NCBI GenBank assembly: GCA_040386595.1
Contig: JAZKFE010000003.1
Span: forward strand, 24,440-88,439
DNA from: Planctomycetota bacterium
Lineage (GTDB): Bacteria > Planctomycetota > Planctomycetia > Planctomycetales > Planctomycetaceae
Reading direction: 5' to 3'
Length of the DNA: 64,000 bases
A program made the position numbers and the translations under genes. Positions 23,201 to 35,200 of this stretch are shown here, in pieces. The notes beneath the pieces were generated by a model. It saw only the letters and a program-made list of their open reading frames with translations, had not been told where the DNA came from and did not search any database. Position 1 is the first letter of the stretch, and the number at the start of each line of letters is the position of its first letter.

Positions 23201-26200
23201 CGACGACCACTGACGGCGGCACCAGTCTGCTGTTGAAACTGGGAACACAGAACGATCAAGTTCGAGTCACAGGGGCGAGTGCCAATACTCAAGTGTTCGT
23301 GTTTGGTGGTGACGGCAATGACACGATCAATGTCGGCAACGCGGGCGATCCGCTCAGTGCTATCAGCGGGATCGTGGCCTTCTTCGGCGAAGGTGGTTCC
23401 AGCGACACTCTGAACGTTTACGGGATCGCCACACCACCGGCACCAGGCAACGCCAACCCCAATCAATTGACGGCGATTGCCGTGACGGGGTTGGGCTCGG
23501 GAACTAACAAGCTGGTCGCGACGCACAACGATCTGTTCGGTGCGGGTTACACCATCAAGGACGTTCAGAATATTGCATCCTTGTTAGAAGCGGCCCAACT
23601 GACGCCAACCACCATGGCGATTCTTGCCGGCCAGTTGCAGGGGCCGTTGCGGAATATCGACGCCTACCTCTCGAACAGCTTGTCCGCTGCCACCCGGAAC
23701 GCCCTCTTCGGCTATCAAACTGGCGACGAGGTCGTGTACCGGGTCAACACGCCGGGGACCACGCCGATTGCCGGCTTGACCGACGATACCGTTTATTACG
23801 TCAGTGCCGTTGATGCGACAACGGTGTTCCTCGTGACGAACCTGAACGACACCAGTAGTCCTGTTGCCGTGCTCTTGTCCTTGATTGGGGAGACGAAGCC
23901 GGTCACTCTGGCTCAGACCGACGCCGCCAAGCGGGTCGTCATCAATGTGTCACTGACCGACTCCTTCGCGGGCAACGAAACGATCGCCGGCAATCAGATC
24001 GTCTTCTCCGGCAAGCACAACCTGACCACCGGGCAAGCGGTCGTCTACCACATCGGCACCGGCAACGCCCCCATCGGCGGACTGACGGAAGGCGAGGTGT
24101 ACTATGTGATCAAGATCAATGACACGACCATTCAACTGGCGTCGTCTGCAGCCAATTCCCAAAGCCTCACTCCCGTCGCGTTGACGTCTCCGAGCGCCGG
24201 CACGGCCGATACGCTGGTGCTGCAGGGCACCGCTCTCTTCAATGCGCATTCCTCAATCTCCAACAACCAGATCACGTTCTCGGCCAATCACAATCTGAGT
24301 ACCGGCCAAGCGGTCGTCTATCACGCCGGAAATGTCAGTAGCACTGGCAGTGTGACTAACGTCGGCGGCCTGGTGGACGGCGAGGTTTACTATGTCATCA
24401 ATGTCAATCCGTCGACGATCAAGCTGGCCTCGTCGCTCGCCAATGCCCAGAGCGGCACATTCATCAATACGCTGACACCCATCGCAGATGCGACAACGAA
24501 CTTCGATTCGTTGACGACCGCCCGGTCGTTTGCTCAGTCGGACATCACCGCGAATAAGCTCGTCTTCACCAGCAACCCGGGCCTCGTCGAAGGGCAGGCG
24601 GTGGTCTACCACCAAGGGAGCGGCAACGCATCAGTGGGGCTGACGGAAGGCGAGGTTTACTACGTCAATCTGGTGGCTGGCCAACCCACCGCCATCCGGC
24701 TGACTGCGACCCCTGGCGGGATCGCGATCGTTCTGAACGCAGGCGTTGGTACCGGTGTGGATACGCTGACACCCGCGGCGTCGTTCGATCCGTCATCGTT
24801 GCACGTCAACAACGATCAGATCACTTTCACGAACAATCACAACCTGCTCGATGGACAACGCGTGGTCTATCGCCTGGGCGACGGCAACGCGCCCATCGGC
24901 CACCTGACGGCAGGCCAGCCTTACTACGTAATCAGAGTCGATGCCACGACCATCAAGTTGGCCCAGACCCCAGGTGGCGCTGCGATTCATCTGGATACTC
25001 AATCGACGGCCGCACTGCTGCCAGTGGTCACGACGCCGTTGTCGACCTTGTTGGCACAAGATCTGAATGCCCTCATTTCCGGGCCGTCGATTTATGATGC
25101 TCAGCGGTTTTCCGGTGTCGCTCTGCGGCCGATTACCAGCCAGCTTCTCGCGCAGTATCCGGAAGGCAATCCGGTCCTCAATCGCTTGCTGCTGGAAGAT
25201 GCTTATTCGCAAGCCTTGCCCCGGATCGCGAATTTGACTCCGGACCTTCCTGGCTCTATTTACTACGCTCAGCGATTCGTCAATCGCGATGGTGCAGAGA
25301 CGATTCTCAGCACGGTGGAGAACGTAAATATCCACCTTTCCGGAACTGACAACGCCTTCCAGGTGGACAGCACCTTCGGCGGAAATACTTCCATCGATGG
25401 CGGCACGAACACGACGATCACGCTCGGCAGTTCGGTCAGCGGCCTGCATCCGGCCACGCCGAAGCGGGTGGCGTTCCTCGCCGGGAACATTTCTGTGACC
25501 GCCGCCAACATCGTGCTGGATGATTCCGGCAACGACCAGCGGACGATCGGCACCTTCGAGGGGAGTCAGGTCACGGGCCTGGGCATGCCGGGGACAGTCA
25601 CGTTCTCGGGCATTACCTCCACCACGATCAAACTGGGGGCCAACGACGACACATTCTATATCCCCGCCACTTCCGTCTCGCAGTCAGTCCGAATCGAGAC
25701 TGGTGGCGGTTACGATACGATCTACGTCGGCACGCGTCGTGGTTCTGAAAGCACGGGGAGTCTCGCTGGATTGCAAGGCAGTCTGGAGATTGACGGTGGG
25801 GAGCTGCTGACCGGAATCAACACGCTGTTCTTGAACGACCACGACACAACGACGGCTCAAGCGTATGTCGTGACGAATGATTACGATTGGAACAGCAACA
25901 CCAACAATTCCAGCACGATCGACACGACGACTATCACCCGCGGCGGTCAGGTGGTTGTGCGCTATTCGCATGTGGAAACGGTGGCTCTGACTGGTGGTCA
26001 GGGTGGTAACGCGGTCGATATTCAGCAGACGCATCGTGAGCAAAGCACGGACGGCAGTTCAAGCTCGACCTTTACGGTGAATACTGGCTCGGGCAGTGAT
26101 GTCATCACCCTGGGGGCCCCGGTGGGGACCACTGGCCTGTTCTCCATGGATGGCTTCCAACAGGATGTCGTCGCGCCGATCTTCACCGGGCTGAACCCCA

Positions 26201-29200
26201 GTCGCCGGGGAATTCCCGTCCTGATCAACAGCCAGGGAGGCAATGATTCGGTCGCGATCCGCGACATGGGCAGCATCACTCCGGCGAGTCTCGCATTGAC
26301 GCAGACACGGTTCCGCGACTTGTTCCCGGAAGCTCCCGATGCCGTGTTTGATTCGGTGGACGTGTTCGCCGCGGTCTTCGGCGAAAACCCGTTGAGCCGG
26401 CCGTTCACGACCGTGGCGTTGGCCTACGACGCACAACGGCCGATCAATATCAGCATTCGCGAATCGCTACTGCAAGCACAACGTGTCACGGGCCAGAACT
26501 TGCAGCTTGAGGTCTCCCTGGGCAACGGGGGAAGTCAAGGCAATGTGGTCCAGCTGACGAGCGCCGCGTATGAATCCGACATTGTCATTCATGCGGGGGA
26601 CGGCAACGACACGTTCAACGTCGAGAACGGCGTGCGGATGACGAACGGCCACACGCTGGTCCTCAACGGCAACGGCGGCGATGACACCACCTATGTCGAC
26701 TTCAACGGCGTCTCGATCATCGATCGCGGCAATCTGGGGCAGACCGTCACCAACGTGAGCTACTCACGGGACGATGCCGATTCGGGGATCGCCGGACGTA
26801 CTCCGCTCGTCCCGGGAACGTACTTCGTCGAAACGCGCTGGAGCGGCTCGGAGTGGCAGTTCCGGGTTGTTGACATCAATGGCTTCCCGATCGCTGTTGC
26901 GGATCTGGCTGATGTGAACGGGAACGGGTTGCTGGCCAACTGGCAGAACATTAGCCAACTACCGATCGTCGTTCAGCCTGATGCGAACCACCCTCTGGTT
27001 TCTCGCTTCAACTCACACCGTGGATTCGTGATTGACTTCAGCGGTCAATACCTGGCCACCGGCCCCACGATCAATGGAGCCGTCAGGCTGGAATTGTTTG
27101 CGGATTCCGCCGGAGATGTCGATGGGCTCTCGCTGGCCAAGAATGGCGTTCTCGGGCAGACCGTCACCAACGTGACGTTCTTGGCGGCCGATGTGAATCC
27201 GGCACAGCGTTTAACTCCCGGCACGTATTACGTGGAAACGCGGTTAAGCGGCACGGACTGGCAGTTCCGCGTCGTCAACGGCGCGTCGGGCAACCCGGCC
27301 GCGCTGGTGAATCTGGACGATCAAACCGGTTCGACTTTCACCACTGACTGGCAGAACATTCGGAAGGTGACCGCCGAAACCGACGGGCGCCGCGTGTTTC
27401 ATACAGGGACTGGACTCGTCCTCGAGTTCGGTGCCGAGTACCAGACGGGCTCCCAGAACAATGGCACTGGAACGCAGCTCCTGCTGGGTGTTCCGACCGG
27501 TCAACTCGCATTGACCTTCAATGCGGGAACTCAATCCACGACAGGTGTAGGCGACACCCTGCGAATTGCTGGGGATGGACACGCCACGGGAGCTGTCTAC
27601 CAACCCAGCAGCACCGTACCCGGCGGTGGTACGGTGACGATCTCCGGCAATCAGTTCACGTTCAGCGGAGTCGAACCGCTCGTCGTGCACGGTCTGCCCG
27701 ACTTCAAGATGCTGACACCGAACCTGGCCGCGGCCCTGATCATCGATAGTGCGGAGCTGGCCGATTCCACCCGGCAGCAGTTGCAATTGCACACATTGAC
27801 TGTGGAAGGCCAGGTGACGTGGACACAGACCAAGCAGTTCATCCTGGAGAGTCCCGCGTTCGACCCGCGTCAGGTTGGCCGAGCCATTGCCGTCAGTGAC
27901 GACGGCCTGACAATGATCGTGGGAGCCAAAGCCACGTCCGGCGGAGCGACCACCGGGAATCTGTCCGATGGCATGGTGCTCGTCTATCAGTGGAATGGTA
28001 CCGCGTGGGTCGAGCAGGCCCGGTTAGAGCCCAACGACGCCCGTCTGGGGCTGAACTTCGGCGTTGATTTCGGGGCGTCCGTGGCCATTGATGGCAACCG
28101 GTTGATCGTAGGGGCGCCGGGAGACGCGCCCGCCGACGCACCTTCCGTGTCGTTCGACCCGCTGACGCTGATTCCCTCCGACAACCGGATCGTTTTTGCG
28201 AACGCTCACGGTCTGACCGAAGGCCAAGCGGTCGCCTACCACAAGGGGGCCGGCAACAGCGCGATCGGGTTGATCGATGGACAAATCTATTTCGTCAAAC
28301 TGGTGGCCGGCAATCCGAACGCCATCCGGTTGGCGTCGACCCCAGGCGGAGCGACCATCTCTCTCAATTTGCCGGTCACTCCGGGGAGCGGTGCGGCGGA
28401 TTCGCTGACACTGGCCAACTACGGCGCGGCCTATGTCTTTGAACGCAGCGGCCCGAATGCCCCTTGGATTCAAACTCAGAAACTGTTGGCCAATGATTCT
28501 GCCGCGAACCGTTATTTCGGGACGTCGGTCGCCATCCGTGGGGGTGAGGTTCTGGTCGGAGCGCCTGGAGCAGCTGGAGCAAACACGTCGGAAGCCGCGT
28601 ACTTCTACAACCTGAACAATGGAAACTGGCAACAACAATCGCGGCAAACGGGGACTGGTGATTTCGGCCGTACGGTCTCGCTCACTAGTACATTTGCGGT
28701 GATTGGATCGCCAGGGTCTGACCTGGCCACGGTCTATCACGTTTCGTCGACATCGGTGACGCTCTGGACCACGCTGACGGCGTCGGCTCCACAGTCTGGC
28801 GAACAGTTCGGTGCGGCGATCGCAGCGACTTCCCAACTTCGCACAGATACTGTGAACGGAAGCCCGGTCACATCTCAAATCAACCGCATCGTAATCGGCG
28901 CGCCTCTCTGGAATGGACCGGGGACTTACACGGGAGACACCACCCACGCACAGCAGGGGCGAGTCTTCGTCTATGATCTGTTCGGTACCAATTGGGTTTC
29001 TGTGGCCCGTCTGACGGCTGAAGGTGGGTTGCCACAGGCCGAAGCGGCTACGGAATCCAGGACCGGGGATCACTTCGGTGCGGCGGTCGCTCTTGATAGC
29101 CAATATGTCGTTGTGGGTGCGCCAAATCACCAGTCGGGCTCCAGCCTCCAAGTCGGGGCAGCCTACATCTTCTACGAACTGCGTGATGGTTCGGCCGGCC

Positions 29201-32200
29201 CCAATAGCTCCAGCTGGACGCGCTCGACTGGCGGAGCGGTCACCTCCACGGGAGGCCCCGGCTCTGGTCGCCTGCAGGCGACGAACCCCGCGGCCAACGA
29301 CCACTTCGGCCAAGCGGTGGCGATCTGGCACGATCCGATTACGGGCGCCGGTCGCACGATGATTGGCATTCCCAATCTCGATGAGACGGCAGGCACATCA
29401 CGGCAAGACCTCGGTGGCGTCCGCACCTTTACCACGGCCGGAGTGGTCCCCAATCCGACGTTGTACCCGCTCTACGCGGAGACGATTGCTCTCCCCAACT
29501 CCAGCTCGATGACGCTCTACGATGCCGCGTCGCGAACCTTGTTCGTCTCGGACAAAACGACCGGCTCGATTTTGACGTACATCAACGAAGGCCTCTACTG
29601 GCGGCCTTCAAACACCCTCACGGGGTGGACGTCCGGGAGGACGGCGGGCTTCGGCATCGATATGGATCTCGATGCCGTGAGTGGCCGGCTGGTCGTCGGG
29701 ACAGAAGCGAATTATGTCTACATCTTCCAGCGCCAGGCAAATGGTACCTGGAGCATCGGATGGGCCATCAGCGACATCGGCACAGCCGGCACGGCGATGG
29801 GGGGCTCATTCGGTGCGTCCGTCGCTATTGAAGGAAATCGGCTGGTCATCGGAGCCCCAACCGCAACGGTGAAGTATTACTCGACGGCTGCTGGAGGTGT
29901 CAGCGGTTACGTGCTCGATTTGGGTCTCGGAGCGGCGACGACGACCTCCTCGTCGTCGACTACCCAACCGAGCGGTGTAACGACCTCCGTGGGCGCGGCT
30001 CACTACTACACCTTTAACTCTGGCACCAGCTCCTGGGGCTACGACCGATTGCTGATGCCCGATGATCCGAACCTCCCCACGACGACCTCGTACTACGATC
30101 CCGGTATTCCAGCGTCGGCGGGTGTAGGTTATGTCGGGTTCAAAGTTAACGATTCGGATGCTCAGTTCTCCTACTTCTCGAAAGTAGGCTCGTACGATCT
30201 TGGGCGCTACAAAGATACGTATGGCAGGAACTTAGAGAACAACACTGTTCAGATGAGTATAGGACCTCGCACCCAAGTCGTTGTGAAAGACTCCAGGGTG
30301 TTTGACCCGTTTGGCAACACGACTTTCTACAACGACAGTTACACCGAGTACCGTACGATTTACTTCCGCTCGACTGATAGCGGAAGCAACCTGGGCGATC
30401 TGAGCGACTATCGCAACGAGATTAATGACATTACTTCGAGTGTCTACGATCCGACATCCATTCCTCCAACATCGACCTATTATGCATTCTCGATGGCGGG
30501 AGCGCGGTGGGGCTCAAGCGTCGACATTGTCGGCAGCACAGTGATCGTGGGAGCCGCAGGCAGATCTCGCACAGCCGTGTACGACGTCAGTCAATCCAGT
30601 TCTCAAGCGGATTACACCGCTTGGAATGTCTCGATTCCCGGCCTGGCGTCAAGCGTTCCCATCGCCCGCGCTAATCCGGCGATCTTTAACCCCACGGGAA
30701 GTTTTACGGGGGGCTTTGGATCGGATGTCACCGCGATCGATGGACGCTTCTACTCCGGAGCGCCGGGTACCAATACCGTTTACTCCTATACGGGGTACGG
30801 GGCTTATTGGAGCAACGTCAGCAACTTCACCGTTCCGTCTGGACAACCTTCCGGCGGTTTCGGCGGCGCTCACACCATTGGCCAGACGGGTAACCGCGTC
30901 CTGATCGGCGCCCCCGGCGCATCTTCCGGAGCGGGGGTCGCTTACCTCTACGACAAAACGGGCAACTATCAGGGAATCAAGTTCTCTCCCTACAAGTTCC
31001 AGAGCTCGACGAATTCCACGGTGATTGATACGTCCGCGGTCGGATTTGGCACCGCGCCGTCGATCGTCAGTGATGGCTTGTATCTGATCGGAAATAACTC
31101 GAGCATCGCGAGCAATCGCTTCTTGTACAACTTCCGTCAGCGAGGACCGGCTTGGACGTCGGACGAGGGCCTGTTGAGCTCTCCCGCTCCTGTTCAACAG
31201 GCGGAAATGGGCAGCAGTGTCGCCATCTCTGGCACGACGGCCATTATGGGTGCCCCCGACTATGGGAACCACGGCGCCGTCTTCATTTACAAGCAAGTCC
31301 CGAGTTCCGATCCCACTGCGGATCCCGTCTGGGAACTGGAGGCCCAGATCGACTCGCCGGGTTTCCAGACTGGTGATGACTTCGGTGCCAGTGTCGCGAT
31401 CAACGGGGACACGCTGATCGTCGGCGCGCCGGGTCGAAATAATGGAGCTGGCGGTGCGTACGTGTTCCATCGGCTGAACGGTCAGTGGACCTTGCAGAAC
31501 GATCTGAGCGGTAACGTGGCCGGCGAGCGTCGCGGCACATCGGTCGATATCGGCGAGGAGTACGCGGCGGCGGGTGCGCCGGGTGGCGCGGCTCCTGCCG
31601 TTTACCTGTATCGCAAGCTGGGTGGGGTCTGGTCCGCGGACGCGAAAGTGTCGTCACCGCAATCGGGCAATGCCTTCGGGACCGCAGTCCATCTGGAATC
31701 GAACGCACTATTCGTTGGAGCGCCGGGTACCAGTACGGGTCCGGGAGCCGTGTTAATCTACAGTCTCGCGGCACATCCGCAAAACGTCGTATCGAACGTA
31801 TCACCCTCCACGCCGACAACCCTGACGGCCACGAATGGTGCGAATGGAGATCAGTTCGGCTATTCACTCGACGGGAGTGGCAACTACCTGGTGATCGGCG
31901 CCCCTGGTGCGGCCTCCAACACCGGTGCGGCGTACGTGTTTGAACGGGCATCCGAAGCGGCGCCGTGGGTCCAGACACGTCTGGATTACTCTGCAGGCGC
32001 AGTCAGCGGAGACCGTTTCGGATCTTCTGTCGCCATTGATGGCGTGCAAATCATCGTCGGCGCCCCCGGCCGGACGCAGACAACAGGGACAGACGGGAAA
32101 CAGTATTCTGTCGGCGAAGCCTTCAGCTATGGCCTGAAGAACAACGGCATCTGGACTCTGGAAACGCCCGCAGACAAGCCCGGAACTCACGTTCTCAGCG

Positions 32201-35200
32201 GGGCCGCCGCCACCGCCGGGGACAATATCGGCTACGCCGTGGCGATCAGCGGGGATCTGGCGTTGCTCGGTGCACCGCAACTGGCGGGACGACCTCCCGT
32301 TACGGGAGTCAAGGACACCGACGGCGGGGGCTATGCCTTCGTACGTCGGATTACCCCGCCGGGTAACAAGCTGCTGCCCGAGGCGCAAACCCAACTGGTT
32401 GCCGGCGCGCAGACCAACACCATTGCCAGCACGATGCTGGATGGCACACTGGTCAATGCCACGCTGCAGTTCTTCGACATCAAAGAATTCGCCCTGCAGA
32501 CGACGTCTGCTGCCGACAACAACGGCGACCTGATCATCAGCACGATCACGGTCGAGCCGGCCGGATTCACGGCTTATGGGTTACAAAAATTCACGGCGAG
32601 CGGAAACATCACGTTCACGAACCGGGCAACCGATCTGGCACTGCCGACTGACGGTCTGTTCGAATACGTGGCGAGCGTTGAGGTCAAGGGGACGGCACCG
32701 ATCGCCCTCGACCTGAATGGGAACGGGTTGGAGTTTGTCGGGAAATCGCCCACGGGCGCCACGTTCGATTGGAACGGAACCGGTACCCCCGAATCGACCG
32801 CATGGCTGGCGGCCACCGACGGCTGGCTGTTCATCGATCTGATAGCCGGGGGACAGGTCACCCGCAACGAACTGAGCTTCTTATCTCTCGTTCCGACGGC
32901 CAGTTCCGATCTGGACGCTTTGCGAATTGGCTTCGACAGCAATCACAACAACATCCTGGATCCACAGGACGCCGAGTGGAGCAAGTTCAAGATCTGGCAA
33001 GATCTGAACCAAGATGGGGTCAGCACTGCGAACGAGATCATCAGTCTGGATGCTGCCGGGATCGTGTCGATCGGACTGGTCAGCAACCAGCAACAATTCA
33101 CGGCAGCCTCGGGAGCTGTCACGGTGCTGGGACAATCCAGCTTCGTGAGGAGCAATGGCAGCACCGGCATCGTCGGCGATGTGGTCCTTAACACCGACGT
33201 GCAGGTGATTCAACCAGGAACAAGTTCGCTGCCGATCGATGGGACTTACGCCTTCATCGGTGGACCGGGTTCGACCTACGTGGCGGACGCTGATACCGAC
33301 TGGATCCTCTACAACGGCTACCTCACGGCCAGCGACGGGCGCGATTCCGTCGATCTGACAGGTTTCACGAACGTCGAACTGCGTGGTGGCAACGGCAACA
33401 ACCGGATTGAGGTCGTGTACTGGGCCGGAAATGTGATCATCGACGGCGGCGATGGGGCAGATACGATCATTCTGCACTCCGGCTCCGGGGCGAACGTCAC
33501 GGTCCTGGATCATGGAGCCTCAGATGAGCTGGATGTCCTGGGAACGGATCAACGCGATCAGATCCAGATCACGGCGAGCACGATCGACGTGTTCCCAGAT
33601 GGTTCTGGCGTTCCTTCCTTACACGTGAACTACACCGCGGGTCTCTCCCGAGTGCGAGTTTCCGGCGGGGATGGGAACGATGACTTCACCGTGGCTGGTA
33701 CAAGTTCCACCAAGCTAGACCTCGACGGTGGCGCTGGAGCAGACCTCTACAAACTGTTTACGGCCAGTGCGTCGACTCAAACCCGTGTCTTCGACACGGG
33801 GGCCAATGACGGCACGATCGACACCATCCGAGTGAATGTCGGGACGAACGGCTATTCGAATCTTAAGCCGGGGGATGTGAACTTCAATTCCATCCTCAGC
33901 CCGCTCTGGTACGACAACTCCATTGAGCAGGTCGTTCTGGTCACGGTTGATCCGAAGCTGAACCTCATTGGAAATGGCATCTTCCTGGTCACCAACGACT
34001 CCGTCCTGTTCAACGGTGCCAGCTACCCGCTGGCCGGTGTCACCGATTTAACCATCACGACAACGGGCAGTGGCAGCACAATTCAAATCGATCAGATTCC
34101 GTCGACACTCCTAACCTTCAAGATCATCGCCACTGCCGGTTCGAACGATACCATCGCCGGCCCGGATCAGGCCAACACGTGGTCGATCACCGCGGGCGAT
34201 ACCGGCAGCCTCGCTGGAACTCCCACTGTCACGTTCTCCGGAATTGAGAATCTGACCGGCGGAACGGGAGCGGATCGGTTTGTGTTCGGCAACGGTGGTT
34301 CCATCAGTGGCATCATCGACGGCGGCCTCGGCACGGATGTCCTCGATTACTCGACACGCACAACAGGTGTGACGGTCGATCTCAGCACGGGCGCTTACCT
34401 CAACCTTGAGACATTGCTCGGCAGTCAGGGTGAAGATTTCCTGGTCGGACCGAACACGGCCAATCTCTGGAATATCACTGGGTCCGGCAGCGGAAACGTC
34501 GATGGGCTGGTGTTCTCGCAGATCGAGAATCTCACAGGTGGATCTGAGGCAGACGAATTCCAGCTCAGCACGGCATCGGTGATCAGCGGAATCATCGACG
34601 GCGGAGCGGGTGAGAACCGGATCGAGTTCACCGGCACCGCCGGGAGCGACACCGTTGTCATCGGCGTGCCGGCGGTGACATTGAATGGCGTGACCACGAA
34701 GTATGCGAACATCGCCACGCTCGAAGTTAACACTCTGGATGGCTTGGACCACATCACCGTGAACCCGGCCGTCACCGGATTCCCCCAGACGGTGAACGTC
34801 AACAGTGGCAGTGACGACGATGAGATCACCGTCAACCTGTTGGCGGGCTTGGCGGGCGTGACCTCCACGATCAACGTCGACGGCGGCGATCCTTCGGCCA
34901 GCGATACGCTGATCATCAATGGTACCGCTGACGCAGACGTCATTTCCGTCGACGGCCTGGGAGTCACCTACGGGGCATTGCAGATCAGTCTGACCGCCGT
35001 TGAGAACCTGACCATCGCAGCTGGCGGTGGCAACGACGAACTCAGCCTGACCGGGACATTGGTCACGGGCACGATCCAACTGTTGGGTGAGGACGATGAC
35101 GATACGATTACCTTGAACAACCCCACGGCCGCAGGCAAGATCATCGCCGACGGCGGAACGGGCACCGCTAACGTGCTCCGAGTCAACCTGAGTGACGAAG

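Noticed and set aside
33350-33720. GG.G.D-type glycine/aspartate turns that might indicate an RTX/T1SS substrate.
   Set aside because: The motifs are isolated and degenerate, not tandem GGxGxDxUx nonapeptides. There is no C-terminal T1SS signal region and there are no ABC/MFP/TolC genes in the window.
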